From assembly GCA_045586245.1 (NCBI GenBank), contig JAZMZZ010000023.1:1-57662 (forward strand): DNA of 57,662 nt, in the 5' to 3' direction. A program made the position numbers and the translations under genes. The notes under the pieces were generated by a model that saw only the letters and a list, made by a program, of their open reading frames with translations, was not told where the DNA came from and ran no database searches. Shown piece after piece: positions 18,706-28,752 of this stretch. Each line of letters begins with the position of its first letter. The stretch's first letter is position 1. Source of the DNA: Lachnospiraceae bacterium. GTDB lineage: Bacteria; Bacillota; Clostridia; Lachnospirales; Lachnospiraceae.

Positions 18706-19983
18706 TTAAAATGTCGAAATGACACCTGCATTTTTAAGGCTCTGCAATGCCTTTAAAATACCGAATTTGGCATGTGGAAAGGTAAGTCCTCCCTGGAAAT
18801 ATACGGCATACGGTGGTTTTATAGGCCCGTCTGCAGAAAGTTCGATACTGCTTCCGGAAACAAATGCTCCCGCCGCCATAATAACTTTGGCATCATAGCC
18901 CGGCATATCCCACGGCTCGGGAACCACAAAACTGTCTACCGGTGCTGCCGCCTGGATTCCCTGACAAAAGGCAATCACACCTTCTTCGCTTCCAAAAGTC
19001 ACTGCCTGAATAATGTCATGGCGGCTCTCAGTTGAATTGGGAACTACATCAAATCCAAGTTTTTCAAGACAGGCAGCCGCAAAAACCGCTCCCTTTAATG
19101 CACCTGCCGTAACTGTCGGAGCCAAAAACAGCCCCTGATAAAAATCCTTCAGTATTCCAAGGGATGCCCCGACTTCTTTACCAAGGCCCGGGGAAGTAAG
19201 TCTGTAAGCCGCATTTTCGACACATTCCTTTTTACCGGCAATATATCCGCCAATCGGTGCAAGTCCGCCTCCCGGATTTTTTATCAAAGATCCGACTATC
19301 ATATCCGCACCCACATCGGTCGGCTCAATCGTTTCGACAAACTCGCCGTAACAGTTATCCACCATACAGATAACATCCGGCTTAATCCCTTTGATAAAAG
19401 CAATCAGTTCTCCGATACGTCCAACCGATAATGTCTTTCTTGGCTGGTAGCCTTTTGAACGCTGTATCGTTACGAGCTTTGTCTTCTCATTGATAGCTGC
19501 TTTGATGCCTTCAAAATCAAATTCCCCGTCTTCAAGCAAATCTACCTGTGCATAAGAAATCCCGTATTCTTTCAATGAACCTTTGCTCTCACGGATACCG
19601 ATTACTTCTTCCAAAGTATCATATGGCTTTCCAACCGGTGATAACAATTCATCGCCGGGACGCAGATTACTCATCAAAGCAAGTGCAAGTGCATGGGTTC
19701 CGCAGGTAATCTGCGGACGTACAAGAGCATCCTCCGTATGGAAAAGCTTTGCATATACTTCTTCCAAAGTATCACGTCCCACATCATTGTATCCATATCC
19801 TGTCGTACCAAGTAAACAGGCCTCCGACACATGGCATTCCTGCATCGCATAAAGTACTTTTAACTGGTTATATTCTGCCACTTTATCAATTTCCTTAAAG
19901 CGTTCTGTTAACGATTCCAATATCGCTTCTCCAAAAGCAAGTGTTGCATCTTCAATTCCTAACGTTCTGTAAATTGTTTTCAT
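18706..19983 (-). CDS. ynbB: YnbB / aluminium-resistance family PLP-dependent enzyme (methionine gamma-lyase-like)
   Basis: 425 aa. Family-typical N-terminus (EAILESLTERFKEIDKVAEYNQLKVLYAMQE) and the GSLIKNPGGGLAPIGGYIAG lysine region. GAAGGAAA SD. Confidence 0.8.
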   Translation of the reverse strand: MKTIYRTLGIEDATLAFGEAILESLTERFKEIDKVAEYNQLKVLYAMQECHVSEACLLGTTGYGYNDVGRDTLEEVYAKLFHTEDALVRPQITCGTHALALALMSNLRPGDELLSPVGKPYDTLEEVIGIRESKGSLKEYGISYAQVDLLEDGEFDFEGIKAAINEKTKLVTIQRSKGYQPRKTLSVGRIGELIAFIKGIKPDVICMVDNCYGEFVETIEPTDVGADMIVGSLIKNPGGGLAPIGGYIAGKKECVENAAYRLTSPGLGKEVGASLGILKDFYQGLFLAPTVTAGALKGAVFAAACLEKLGFDVVPNSTESRHDIIQAVTFGSEEGVIAFCQGIQAAAPVDSFVVPEPWDMPGYDAKVIMAAGAFVSGSSIELSADGPIKPPYAVYFQGGLTFPHAKFGILKALQSLKNAGVISTF

Positions 19984-19998
19984 ATCTGTTTCCTTCTG

Positions 19999-20976
19999 TT
20001 ACACCATCCGGTTTCTATTGTATTTTGGAGTAATCCCAATCCGTTCCATATGAGAATACATAAAATCCAATATTTTATCATCGTCATAACCAAATTCATT
20101 CTTATCAACCCAGATAACATCCTCTTCCTTTCGAAACCATGTCAGCTGGCGTTTGGCAAAATGACGGGTATTCTTTTTGATTAATTCAATGGAATCCTCC
20201 AAAGTAAGCGCACCGTTCAAATAAGCGATAACTTCTTTATATCCGACGCCCTGCATGGACACAAGATCATCCGCAAAGCCCTTATCCTTTAATGCTTTTA
20301 CTTCTTCTATAAGACCTTCAGCAACCATAATGTCCACACGCTTATTTATCCTGTCATATAAATGGGCACGCTCATCATTTAAAACAAAATAACAGAAATC
20401 ATATTCCGCTTCCCGCATTCTTTGCTGCTCGTTATACTCCGAGAATTTCCTGCCGGTATAATGGTTGTATTCCAGTGCACGTACCACACGTTTCATATTG
20501 TTGTAATGCACCGTATCCGCATACTTACTATCAACTTCACAAAGCATGGCATGCAGTTTCTTTTTGCCATCTTCATCCGTTCCGATTTCATACATGGCAT
20601 TGCGAAAAGAATCATCATGCTCTTCCTCGTTAAAATCAATACCATACAACAACGCCTGTATATAGAATGCCGTTCCGCCCGTTAAAACAGGTACCATGCC
20701 TTTTTCATTAATTTCCTTTGCCGATTTTCTTGCAAGTTCCTGAAAAACAGCCACATTGAATTCTTCATCGGGTTCAAAACAATCTATCAGATGATGCTTA
20801 ACTCCCTGCATCTCTTCTGGTGTTATTTTGGCCGTACCGATATCCATTCCCCGATACACCTGCATCGAATCGGCACTGATAATCTCACCGCCAATTTCTT
20901 TTGCAAGCCGTATGGACAACTCTGTCTTTCCGACTGCGGTCGGGCCTGTCAAAATAATCATTTTCGGTTTCTTCAT
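19999..20976 (-). CDS. miaA: tRNA dimethylallyltransferase
   Basis: P-loop GPTAVGKT, SADSMQVYRGMDIGTAK and YAKRQLTWFR-like motifs. The ATG lies 3 nt after the mutL stop. Confidence 0.95.
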   Translation of the reverse strand: MKKPKMIILTGPTAVGKTELSIRLAKEIGGEIISADSMQVYRGMDIGTAKITPEEMQGVKHHLIDCFEPDEEFNVAVFQELARKSAKEINEKGMVPVLTGGTAFYIQALLYGIDFNEEEHDDSFRNAMYEIGTDEDGKKKLHAMLCEVDSKYADTVHYNNMKRVVRALEYNHYTGRKFSEYNEQQRMREAEYDFCYFVLNDERAHLYDRINKRVDIMVAEGLIEEVKALKDKGFADDLVSMQGVGYKEVIAYLNGALTLEDSIELIKKNTRHFAKRQLTWFRKEEDVIWVDKNEFGYDDDKILDFMYSHMERIGITPKYNRNRMV

Positions 20977-20978
20977 AG

Positions 20979-22892
20979 TTATACAATCCGCTTAAATTTC
21001 TTTTCCAATTCGTATTTTGTCATGGAAATCATGGTCGGTCTTCCATGCGGGCAATGATACGGGTTCTCCAGTTCCATCATTTCCGTAAGCAATGCCTTTA
21101 CTTCTTCCTTCGACATGCGCATATTCCCTTTTACTGCCGCTTTACAGGCCATGGATGCCATCTTCTCATATATCAGTTCGTTTCTCCCTTTCGGGACTTC
21201 TTCGCATAATTCATTCAATAAAGATAAAAACATATCTTTTTCATTTTGTCCGAATAAATCAAGCGGCACGGTACTAAGTGCCATCTCATTACCGCCAAAA
21301 TCCTCAATAGCAAATCCGAGTCCTTCAAAATATTCCCCATACTCTTGCACAATTGTGCGTTCCTTTGCAGAAAGGGAAACAATAACCGGCGGATTAAGTG
21401 CCTGCGTTTCAATGGTTTTATGTTTAAAATGTTCTATCAGACGCTCGTATCTGACTTTTTCATGTGCTGCATGCTGGTCCATAATCAATAATTTATCATT
21501 GTAGGAAATCAGCCAATAGGTATCAAATAGTTGTCCGATAATCTCATAGTTTTTCTCTGCTTCTTTTGATAAAAACGGGGTTTCAAATAATGATATCTGT
21601 TCCGCTTTTGCAGCATACACCACATTCTCTGATTTAATGACATTACTGCTTTGTACAGCTGCCGGATTCAAAGTCTGGATGCTGTCTTTGATGATTCCAA
21701 GAACCGAAGGATTCACTGCCTGTTCCTGCAAAGACGGCCCCATTTCCTTTGTAGTCTGATAAACAGCCTTTTCTTCCTGCAAAAGGTTCTGCCCTACATT
21801 CATCTGTTCCATTCTTATTTTTTCAAATGGTTCCGGCGCCTTTTGTTTTACCTCATTCACCGTCTTTTCAATCTTATCCTGCAAAGACATCTGCGGAATC
21901 AGTTCCTGCATCTTAAGCATGGCGCTGACACAGCTTGCAATATAGTCATAAAAATATTCACCGTTTGAAAAACGGACATCCATTTTGGTCGGATGTACAT
22001 TTACATCCACAAGTTCCGGTTCTACATCGATGTTCAATATGAAAAACGGAAACTTGTGCTGCATCATATGTCCTGAGTAACCTTCTTCAACTGCTTTGGC
22101 AATCAGATTACTCTTAATATATCTGCCATTTACAAAATAATTCTCATAGTTACGGTTGGCTCTGGCAATTGTAGGCTTTCCGAGTACACCGTATATGGAA
22201 ATCCCTTTTCCTTTCTGGGATACAGGAATGATTTCTTTTGCAATTTCTTTTCCAAAAATACGATAAACCAGTTCCTCTAAATTGCCGTTACCGGAAGTAT
22301 GGAACTTAACCTGCCCGTTTTGTATAAACTGGAATGCGATATCAGGCTTTGATAAGGCCATACGTTCACAAAGTTCATTGATATAACTGCCCTCTGTTGT
22401 CGGGCTTTTTAAAAATTTACGGCGGACAGGGGTATTAAAAAACAGATTCTTAACAAGAATGGTCGTTCCTTTCGGGACACCAACCTCTTGAAAGTCCTTT
22501 TCTACCGCACCTTCAATCACATAGCGCACACCCGTAAGCGCATCTTCTGTTTTTGTAATCAGTTCCACCTGTGCTACCGCTGCAATGCTCGAAAGTGCTT
22601 CCCCTCTAAACCCAAGTGTCCCGATTGCCATAAGTTCGGAAGCATCCTTAAGTTTGCTTGTGGCATGACGATAAAAAGCGTTTTTTACCTGATCTTTTTC
22701 AATCCCTTCCCCGTCATCCGTAACACGGATAAAGGAGATACCGCCTTCTTTAATCTCAACCGTAATTGCTTTGGCTCCCGCATCAATTGCATTTTCCACC
22801 AATTCTTTCACAACACTGCTTGGGCGTTCAATTACTTCTCCGGCTGCGATTTTATCTATGGTTTCTTCACTTAACAATTCAATCTTCGCCAT
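20979..22892 (-). CDS. mutL: DNA mismatch repair protein MutL
   Basis: GHKL ATPase N-terminus (AAGEVIERPSSVVKELVENAIDAG). C-terminal endonuclease motif DQHAAHEKVRYE. GAGGAG SD. Confidence 0.95.
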   Translation of the reverse strand: MAKIELLSEETIDKIAAGEVIERPSSVVKELVENAIDAGAKAITVEIKEGGISFIRVTDDGEGIEKDQVKNAFYRHATSKLKDASELMAIGTLGFRGEALSSIAAVAQVELITKTEDALTGVRYVIEGAVEKDFQEVGVPKGTTILVKNLFFNTPVRRKFLKSPTTEGSYINELCERMALSKPDIAFQFIQNGQVKFHTSGNGNLEELVYRIFGKEIAKEIIPVSQKGKGISIYGVLGKPTIARANRNYENYFVNGRYIKSNLIAKAVEEGYSGHMMQHKFPFFILNIDVEPELVDVNVHPTKMDVRFSNGEYFYDYIASCVSAMLKMQELIPQMSLQDKIEKTVNEVKQKAPEPFEKIRMEQMNVGQNLLQEEKAVYQTTKEMGPSLQEQAVNPSVLGIIKDSIQTLNPAAVQSSNVIKSENVVYAAKAEQISLFETPFLSKEAEKNYEIIGQLFDTYWLISYNDKLLIMDQHAAHEKVRYERLIEHFKHKTIETQALNPPVIVSLSAKERTIVQEYGEYFEGLGFAIEDFGGNEMALSTVPLDLFGQNEKDMFLSLLNELCEEVPKGRNELIYEKMASMACKAAVKGNMRMSKEEVKALLTEMMELENPYHCPHGRPTMISMTKYELEKKFKRIV

Positions 22893-22922
22893 GCTAATCT
22901 CCTCTAAGAAAAACCTTTCGTG

Positions 22923-25571
22923 TTACCAACGATTGTTCAGCTTACTCTGTAACCGGTAAAGTGTATTCAGCGCATCAAGAGGCGTCAGTGTGGAAATATC
23001 AATCCCCTTTAATTCCTCAATCACATCTTCATCTTTTACCGTATCAAACAAAGACATTTGATTTAATTCCATCTCGCTGATGGCTTCTGTTTTGGTCTTT
23101 GCATCACTCTTTTGCGGAATGGCAATATTTTGGACTCTCTCCATAACATCCTTATCAATCAGTTCCGAAAGAATCTCTTTTGCCCTGTCAATTACCATGT
23201 CCGGTACACCGGCAAGCTTGGCAACCTGGATACCATAACTCTTATCCGCTCCGCCTTTGATAATCTTTCTAAGGAATACAATATCATCGCCTTTTTCTTT
23301 GACCGCGATGCAATAATTGTTTACGTTGTGAATCTTGCCTTCCAGTTCCGTCAGTTCATGATAATGAGTTGCAAATAACGTCTTTGCGCCCAAAATCTTC
23401 GTATTCGATATAAATTCAATTACGGACCATGCAATGGACAAACCATCAAAAGTAGATGTGCCGCGTCCGATTTCGTCCAGTATCAACAAACTGTTAGAAG
23501 TCGCATTCCGTAAAATATTGGCAACTTCATTCATCTCGACCATAAAAGTACTCTGTCCGCTTGCCAGATCATCACTGGCACCGACTCTTGTAAAAATACG
23601 GTCTACAATACCGATGCTTGCTTTTGTCGCAGGTACAAAAGAGCCAATCTGCGCCATCAGAACAATCAATGCACTCTGGCGCATGTAAGTGGATTTACCA
23701 GCCATATTCGGTCCTGTTATAACCGAAATACAGTTCTTACCATTATCCAGGAAGGTATCATTTGGTATGAACATATCATGCTCTATCACCTTCTCAACAA
23801 CCGGATGTCTTCCGTCTTTAATATTGATAATGCCCTTTTCATTTAATGTCGGACGGATATAACGGTTCTGCTCCGCAACCAAAGATAAGGATGCAAACAC
23901 ATCCAACTTGGCGATTTCTTTTGCCGTTTTCTGGATTCTTTCAAGCTGGCTTGCAATATAATCACGGATTTCACAAAATTTATCATATTCGAGTGTAACA
24001 AGTTTATCTTCGGCATTCAGAATCGTATCTTCGAGTTCTTTTAATCTTGCCGTTGTATAGCGCTCAGCATTGGTCAATGTCTGTTTACGGATAAAATCCT
24101 CAGGAACCATATCAATAAAAGAATTGGTAACTTCAAAATAATATCCGAAGACTTTATTGTATTTTATACGCAGATTCTTAATCCCCGTACGCTCCCTGTC
24201 TTCTGCTTCCAGTGCCGCCAGCCAGTTCTTTCCTTCCGTCTTGGCGTGGCGCAGGGTATCAATATCCGCATCGTATCCGTCACGGATAATACCGCCTTCC
24301 CGGATGGTAATCGGCGGCTCATCAATAATGGCATCGTCAATTAATGCACAGATATCTTCCAATCCATCGATATACTCAGAAATATGTAATAATGCCTCGG
24401 ACGACATCCCTCCCGTAACCGTCTTAATCGGCGGCATCATGCGAAGGGAAGAGGCAAGTGCAATCATATCCCTTGGATTTACCGTGTGAAAACTAATCTT
24501 ACCAATCAGTCTCTCCAAATCATAAACCGGATTCAGATACTCCCTGATTTCATCACGTTCGCATGGGTTCTTACAGAATTCATCCACTGCATCAAGACGC
24601 TTTGTAATCTTTTCCTTATCAATTAACGGCTGCTCGATATATTTACGCAAAAGTCTTCCGCCCATGGCAGTTTTGGTCTTATCCAAAACACCTAAAAGCG
24701 AGCCTTTCTTCTGCTTATCGCGCAGGGTCTCACACAGCTCCAGATTGCGTCTTGTAGAGCTGTCAAGAAGCATGTATTTGCTTGTCAGATACGGATAAAT
24801 ATGTGTTAAATGATCCAATGTGCTCTTTTGCGTATCATACAAATACTGCATCAGACTGCCTGCCGCAACCGTACCTACCGGAAACTCTTCAATACCGATA
24901 CCCTGAAGGGAAAGTACATGAAAATGCTTTAACAATATCTTTTTGCACTGTTCCTCATCAAAGAAATGCGGTTCCAAAGAATTAATGCAAATTCCCAAAC
25001 GGTTCCTTAATTCCTCAAGAGGCACTCCGCTTACCATAAAAGCATCGTTGCAGATAATTTCTGCCGGAGAATATTTGATAATTTCATCCATTAACTGGTT
25101 TCTATCCGTAACTTCTGTCAAATAATAATCACCGGTTGTAACATCGGCAATGGAAATACCAATCACTTCATCAAAATATGCCACACACATCAGATAATTA
25201 TTCTTATTATCCTCCAGTGCCTGTGTGTTCAGATTGGTACCGGGCGTTACAATACGCACTACTTCACGCTTTACCAGGCCTTTGGCCGCCTTCGGATCCT
25301 CTACCTGCTCACAAATAGCAACCTTATAGCCTTTTGATACCAATTTATTCAAATAACCTTCTACAGCATGATAAGGAACGCCGCACATCGGTGCCCGTTC
25401 CTCCAGTCCACAGTTTTTTCCGGTTAATGTAATCTCCAATTCCTTCGATGTAACAATCGCATCTTCAAAAAACATCTCATAGAAGTCGCCAAGACGGTAA
25501 AATAAAATACAGTCTTTATACTCTTCTTTTGTCTGCATATATTGCTGCATCATTGGGGTTAATTCTGCCAC
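22923..25571 (-). CDS. mutS: DNA mismatch repair protein MutS
   Basis: 882 aa. TPMMQQY N-terminus, Walker A GPNMAGKST, Walker B LLILDEIGRGTST. GTG start. Confidence 0.97.
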   Translation of the reverse strand: MAELTPMMQQYMQTKEEYKDCILFYRLGDFYEMFFEDAIVTSKELEITLTGKNCGLEERAPMCGVPYHAVEGYLNKLVSKGYKVAICEQVEDPKAAKGLVKREVVRIVTPGTNLNTQALEDNKNNYLMCVAYFDEVIGISIADVTTGDYYLTEVTDRNQLMDEIIKYSPAEIICNDAFMVSGVPLEELRNRLGICINSLEPHFFDEEQCKKILLKHFHVLSLQGIGIEEFPVGTVAAGSLMQYLYDTQKSTLDHLTHIYPYLTSKYMLLDSSTRRNLELCETLRDKQKKGSLLGVLDKTKTAMGGRLLRKYIEQPLIDKEKITKRLDAVDEFCKNPCERDEIREYLNPVYDLERLIGKISFHTVNPRDMIALASSLRMMPPIKTVTGGMSSEALLHISEYIDGLEDICALIDDAIIDEPPITIREGGIIRDGYDADIDTLRHAKTEGKNWLAALEAEDRERTGIKNLRIKYNKVFGYYFEVTNSFIDMVPEDFIRKQTLTNAERYTTARLKELEDTILNAEDKLVTLEYDKFCEIRDYIASQLERIQKTAKEIAKLDVFASLSLVAEQNRYIRPTLNEKGIINIKDGRHPVVEKVIEHDMFIPNDTFLDNGKNCISVITGPNMAGKSTYMRQSALIVLMAQIGSFVPATKASIGIVDRIFTRVGASDDLASGQSTFMVEMNEVANILRNATSNSLLILDEIGRGTSTFDGLSIAWSVIEFISNTKILGAKTLFATHYHELTELEGKIHNVNNYCIAVKEKGDDIVFLRKIIKGGADKSYGIQVAKLAGVPDMVIDRAKEILSELIDKDVMERVQNIAIPQKSDAKTKTEAISEMELNQMSLFDTVKDEDVIEELKGIDISTLTPLDALNTLYRLQSKLNNRW

Positions 25572-25587
25572 AAGTATTTCCTCTTTC

Positions 25588-27021
25588 TTAATCGTTTACG
25601 ATTTCACCAAAATAGTAAAATCCTTTTGCTTCCTGTAATCTCACATTAACAATCGAACCAATCAATGATTCATCGCCCTTAAAATGAACCAGTGTATTAT
25701 TGGATAACCTGCCGGTTACCAAAGAAGCATCGTGTTCATTTATTTCTTCTACCAATACATCCAATACCTGTCCGGTTAACGTACCGGCCTGTTCATTGGC
25801 TGTCTGCTGGACGGCTTCCAATACACGGTTAAACTGCTTTTGTACTTCATCTGCCGGAACCTGGTTTTCCATGGCGGCAGCAGGCGTTCCCGTGCGTTTG
25901 GAATAGATAAAAGTAAAGGCATTATTATAATTTGCCTTACGGATCACATCAATCGTATCATCCACATCCTCAGCCGTTTCTCCCGGGAATCCGACAATAA
26001 TATCTGTTGTCAGTGCCAAATCCGGTATTTCTTTTCTAAGTTTATCTACCAGGGCAAGGTATCCCTCCTTGGTATAACGGCGGTTCATTTTCTCCAAAAT
26101 CCTTGTCGAACCGGACTGAAGCGGTAAATGTAAATGTTTACAAATTTTCTTGGAAATTTTCATAACCGCAATCAGTTCATCCGACAAATCCTTCGGATGG
26201 GATGTCATAAAACGGATTCTCTCGATGCCATCTATTTTTTCTACTTCCGAAAGTAATTTTGCAAAGGATACCGGTGTGTCCAGATTTTTGCCATAAGAAT
26301 TGACATTCTGGCCAAGGAGCATCACTTCCTTGACGCCGTCTGCCGCCAAGCGCTTAATTTCCTCCAAAATCTCTGCCATCTCGCGGCTTCTCTCGCGTCC
26401 CCTAACATAGGGCACAATACAATAGCTGCAGAAATTATTGCAGCCAAACATAATGTTAATACCGCATTTAAACGGGTATTTACGCTCAATCGGGAGCGTC
26501 TCTACAATCTTATCCGTACTTTCCCAGATATCAATTACCATCTTATCGGAAGTAAGCATACGGTATAAAAGTTCTGCAAACTTAAAGATATTATGTGTCC
26601 CGAAAATCAGATTCACATGACGGTAACTCTTTTTAATCTTTTCGATTACGGCAGCCTCCTGCATCATGCAACCGCAGAGTGCAATCTTCATATTGGGATT
26701 TTTCTTTTTCTGATGTCCAAGCTGGCCAAGCCTTCCGTACACACGCTGATTGGCATTGTCACGCACGGTGCAGGTATTGAAAATTACAAAGTCCGCATCT
26801 TCGGATTCTATAATCTCATAACCGGCTTCTTTTAATATTCCGACTAATTTCTCACTGTCTTTGGCATTCATCTGACATCCGAAGGTTGTTACACAACAGG
26901 TTGGTTTTCTGCCCAGTTGACTGGTCTTTTCTGCAATTAACAGCTTCAGTTTCAAAATATATTCCTGCTGGCGTAAACCCTCTTCTATATTCACTTCACT
27001 AGGTGCATTCTTAAATTCCAT
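25588..27021 (-). CDS. miaB: tRNA (N6-isopentenyl adenosine(37)-C2)-methylthiotransferase
   Basis: 477 aa. UPF0004 cysteines, radical-SAM CNNFCSYC motif and a C-terminal TRAM domain. Confidence 0.95.
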   Translation of the reverse strand: MEFKNAPSEVNIEEGLRQQEYILKLKLLIAEKTSQLGRKPTCCVTTFGCQMNAKDSEKLVGILKEAGYEIIESEDADFVIFNTCTVRDNANQRVYGRLGQLGHQKKKNPNMKIALCGCMMQEAAVIEKIKKSYRHVNLIFGTHNIFKFAELLYRMLTSDKMVIDIWESTDKIVETLPIERKYPFKCGINIMFGCNNFCSYCIVPYVRGRERSREMAEILEEIKRLAADGVKEVMLLGQNVNSYGKNLDTPVSFAKLLSEVEKIDGIERIRFMTSHPKDLSDELIAVMKISKKICKHLHLPLQSGSTRILEKMNRRYTKEGYLALVDKLRKEIPDLALTTDIIVGFPGETAEDVDDTIDVIRKANYNNAFTFIYSKRTGTPAAAMENQVPADEVQKQFNRVLEAVQQTANEQAGTLTGQVLDVLVEEINEHDASLVTGRLSNNTLVHFKGDESLIGSIVNVRLQEAKGFYYFGEIVND

Positions 27022-27027
27022 GTAACA

Positions 27028-27603
27028 TTATACCTTTCTACACTCCGTTATGCCGGCTTCTGTGACGATAACAGAGGCTTTCTTATCATGCGCATCGCTT
27101 GGTATACTCTCTAAAAGTTGAGAGGAAAAACAAAGCGCAATACGGTTCATGATATCATGTTTTGCAAGATAACGGTCATAGAAACCTTTTCCATATCCGA
27201 TACGTGAACCGTCTTTTGCAAAAACTGCTCCCGGCATCAGCATAACCGTTTCTTTACTGACAGGACCTCTAAATACTTCCGTACAAGCCATGGACGGTTC
27301 TAAAATTCCTTTATAGCCTTCTTCAAAATCCTGCAGACCCTGTATCCGGTAAAACTCCATCTCATCGCCATCTACTCTTGGAAGAAATACTCTTTTGTCC
27401 CTATTAAGCAATGAAACAATCAGTTCTGTTGTGCTGACCTCGCTTTTGTATCCTGCAAAACAAAGGATGTTCTCTGCCTGTTGTATCTGTTCCATTTTTA
27501 GCAAAGCGTCCGTAATGTTCTTACTAAAAAGCAAACGCTCATCATCCGGCATACCATCCCTAAGTGCTAATATCTTTTTTCTAATGGAGTTCTTTGTTTC
27601 CAT
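27028..27603 (-). CDS. 5-formyltetrahydrofolate cyclo-ligase
   Basis: IRKKILALRDGM N-terminus and the GYGKGFYDRYL signature. I chose the ATG at 27603 (GGAGAG SD). It overlaps the DUF896 gene's 3' end by 23 nt. The ORF-track start at 27660 would add a non-conserved extension. Confidence 0.8.
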   Translation of the reverse strand: METKNSIRKKILALRDGMPDDERLLFSKNITDALLKMEQIQQAENILCFAGYKSEVSTTELIVSLLNRDKRVFLPRVDGDEMEFYRIQGLQDFEEGYKGILEPSMACTEVFRGPVSKETVMLMPGAVFAKDGSRIGYGKGFYDRYLAKHDIMNRIALCFSSQLLESIPSDAHDKKASVIVTEAGITECRKV

Positions 27604-27805
27604 ATTTCTCTCCGAGGTTGGTAATGGAACCGTCTTCATTTTGGATATCGATATTATCAAGCTGTCCGCGAAGGGAACGGCGGATTGCTAATACATACTG
27701 CTGACGTAAATCCTTCTGTTCTGCCTTCTCTTCTTCGCTCAATCCTTCACCTTGTGATTTATGATAAAGTTCATTGATTCTGTCAATGATTTCCTGCATA
27801 TTCAT
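27581..27805 (-). CDS. DUF896/UPF0291 (YnzC-like) small protein
   Basis: About 74 aa; INELYHKSQGEGLSEEEKAEQKDLRQQYV is typical of the family. I chose the ATG at 27805 because an AGAAAGG SD lies upstream. Confidence 0.7.
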   Translation of the reverse strand: MNMQEIIDRINELYHKSQGEGLSEEEKAEQKDLRQQYVLAIRRSLRGQLDNIDIQNEDGSITNLGEKYGNKELH

Positions 27806-27829
27806 AGTTGTTAACCTTTCTGTTATCAA

Positions 27830-28711
27830 TTAGGAATGGATGTTCTGAATAAATTCCACAACATCAAAATCCTCATCCTTATTTGCCTTAAATAAGGTTC
27901 CGAGATTGCGTCCGTCCATTAATCTGTGGATGATACGGATATCCTTACTGTTGGCAATAATCATGTCCGCGCCGCAACTGGTTGCAATCTTTGCTGCCTG
28001 CATCTTGGTGTTCATACCACCGGTACCGACATTGCTTCCGGTACTTTCTTTTCCCATATGCATGTATTCATCGGTCAATTCATCCACTTCTTCTATAAAC
28101 TTTGCATACTTGTTCACTCTCGGATCATCCGTATACAATCCGTCAATATCGGATAACAGAATCAACAGATCCGCATTAACCAAAGATGCAACAATCGCTG
28201 ACAAGGTATCATTATCACCGATTAAAACATCATCTTCCCCTACACGGATTTCGTATGTAGATACCGTATCGTTTTCATTTACAATCGGAATCACGCCCAT
28301 ATCCAAAAGTTCCGTAAAGGTATTGTAGGCATTTTCCCTGTTCACATCATCAACGATGGTATTCTTAGTCATCAAAATCTGCGCTGCAATCTGGTTGTAT
28401 TCAGCAAAAATCTTCTGGTAAGTCATCATAAGACGGGCTTGTCCGATAGCCGCACATGCCTGCTTAAATCCCATATGCTTGCTGTTGTGCTTAAGTGCTG
28501 TTGCCCCTACCGCTTTTTTGCCGACTGCAATGGCACCACTGCTGACAAGAATGACATCCTTGCCCTGATTTCTTAAATTGCACAATTCACGGCATAAAAC
28601 ATCCAGTTTAATATAATCAAGATCTCCGGTTTCTTTATGCTGTAATGAGGACGAACCGATTTTGATTACAATTCTTTTTTTGTCCTTTATTCCTTCACGA
28701 ATTTTACTCAC
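27830..28711 (-). CDS. proB: glutamate 5-kinase (short form, no PUA domain)
   Basis: Motifs IVIKIGSSSL, NENDTV and GTGGMNTKMQAA. The GTG at 28711 has GGAGG 5 nt upstream; the ORF-track TTG at 28723 is itself part of that SD (TTGGAGG). Confidence 0.9.
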   Translation of the reverse strand: MSKIREGIKDKKRIVIKIGSSSLQHKETGDLDYIKLDVLCRELCNLRNQGKDVILVSSGAIAVGKKAVGATALKHNSKHMGFKQACAAIGQARLMMTYQKIFAEYNQIAAQILMTKNTIVDDVNRENAYNTFTELLDMGVIPIVNENDTVSTYEIRVGEDDVLIGDNDTLSAIVASLVNADLLILLSDIDGLYTDDPRVNKYAKFIEEVDELTDEYMHMGKESTGSNVGTGGMNTKMQAAKIATSCGADMIIANSKDIRIIHRLMDGRNLGTLFKANKDEDFDVVEFIQNIHS

Positions 28712-28752
28712 AATAGCCTCCAAAAAAATGTATTCATAACCTTTTTATTATA

